From a virus (Duplodnaviria > Caudoviricetes), in IMG/VR virus record IMGVR_UViG_3300048895_000139, positions 1 through 26,184 of that record: 26,184 bases of DNA; one strand, written 5' to 3'. This document shows, piece after piece, positions 25,383 to 26,184 of this stretch. The notes under the pieces are model-generated. The model was not told where the DNA came from. It searched no databases and saw only the letters and a program-made list of their open reading frames with translations. The stretch's first letter is position 1, and each line of letters opens with the position of its first letter. A program made the position numbers and the translations under genes.

Positions 25383-25864
25383 TACGGCACCGGCTCCGTA
25401 GTAGGCGGCGAACCGGAGCTTTCCTCGGGGGAGGGGCGGCTCGTCGCCTTGGCCGGACCCTCCCCCTCGGCTTCCCCCACCGTTTCGTCCCCGGCCCCGA
25501 CCAACGAGGCCAGGACCACCGCGAGCGCGAGATCGAGGTTCTCCATCAGCGGCCGGTCGTCGTGCAGTTCGCGGACCACGGACGCGGCCTCGGTCGGGTT
25601 CAGCCCGCCGCCGACCAAGCCGCGCAGAAGGGGTTCGCGGACATCATCGATCCGCCAAGCGCCGACCCCGCCCGCCGCGAGCAGTTGCAGGAAGCCCGCC
25701 CGAGGATTGGCCTGCCGCAGCGCGACCCAGGCCGCGAGCCGGGCGGCGATCTCCCCCGGCCCGGCGTCGCACGTCTCCTGGATTTTTCGCCACTCGCCGA
25801 TCCCCAGCCGGAACGTCCGGTCGGCGTCGCCCCAGGCCCGGACGATCTCGCCGGACCGGCTCAT
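25382..25864 (-). CDS. tail assembly chaperone G (GTA-like)
   Basis: FRLGIGEWRKIQETCDAGP...DVREPLLRGLVGGG; lies between tail tube and tape measure. Confidence 0.85.
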   Translation of the reverse strand: MSRSGEIVRAWGDADRTFRLGIGEWRKIQETCDAGPGEIAARLAAWVALRQANPRAGFLQLLAAGGVGAWRIDDVREPLLRGLVGGGLNPTEAASVVRELHDDRPLMENLDLALAVVLASLVGAGDETVGEAEGEGPAKATSRPSPEESSGSPPTTEPVP

Positions 25865-26184
25865 GCGGCTTCAGGCACCCGGCGATTGCGGGTCGTTCGG
25901 GTCGGCGTCCGCAGCGCTTCCTCTTCGTCGGCGGTCAGCGCGGCGACCTGGGTCACGGTCACTTCGCCGTCGCTGACCATGGTGATCGACGCCTCCATCT
26001 TCGCGCCGCGATCCCCGGTGATCTCGAACGTGGTCAAGTGGAACTTGCCCGCGAAGACGACCCCGCCGTCCACGGCCGGGACATCGACGATGATCTCGCA
26101 GTTTCGCGAAAGCGGGTCGGCCAGGTACTCGGCGAAGACGATGACATCGGGGGTGTTCAGAATGCCCGAGCCGTTCAGCGAATA
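25861..26184 (-). CDS. major tail tube protein (partial, 5' end beyond the window)
   Basis: Frame open to the window edge: YSLNGSGIL...FAGKFHLTTFEITGDRG...ITMVSDGEV. Confidence 0.85.
   Translation of the reverse strand, partial: YSLNGSGILNTPDVIVFAEYLADPLSRNCEIIVDVPAVDGGVVFAGKFHLTTFEITGDRGAKMEASITMVSDGEVTVTQVAALTADEEEALRTPTRTTRNRRVPEAA

Overview
A 26-kb segment of a high-GC temperate siphophage of Alphaproteobacteria, probably Caulobacterales-like (inferred from a GcrA-like protein, an XRE-type domain and a GTA-like tail module). From right to left: (i) a minus-strand tail module (tail tube, G/G-T chaperones with a -1 frameshift, 631-aa tape measure, Dit, tail tip, NlpC/P60-like protein, central tail protein, BppU-like protein, 4-repeat tail fibre); (ii) a plus-strand accessory block (SprT-like protease, RHH regulator, two tandem CxxCxxCC/YkgJ proteins); (iii) a putative intact attP and a tyrosine integrase convergent with an ERF/exonuclease/NinB/excisionase operon; (iv) a divergent control region with only a 68-aa Cro-like HTH and no recognisable CI; (v) RuvC-like resolvase, primase-helicase and an iteron array (ori); (vi) small genes including a GcrA C-terminal-domain-only protein, an XRE-like HTH, a triple-HTH protein and a macro-like protein. 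The most interesting signal is a non-coding network. The same 10-bp tandem repeat lies at attP and, inverted, 4 kb away at the head of the xis-containing operon. Two further motifs are shared between the control region and an internal promoter region. Together these suggest an unusual CI-less lysis/lysogeny switch. All calls come from reading motifs by eye; no database searches were run.
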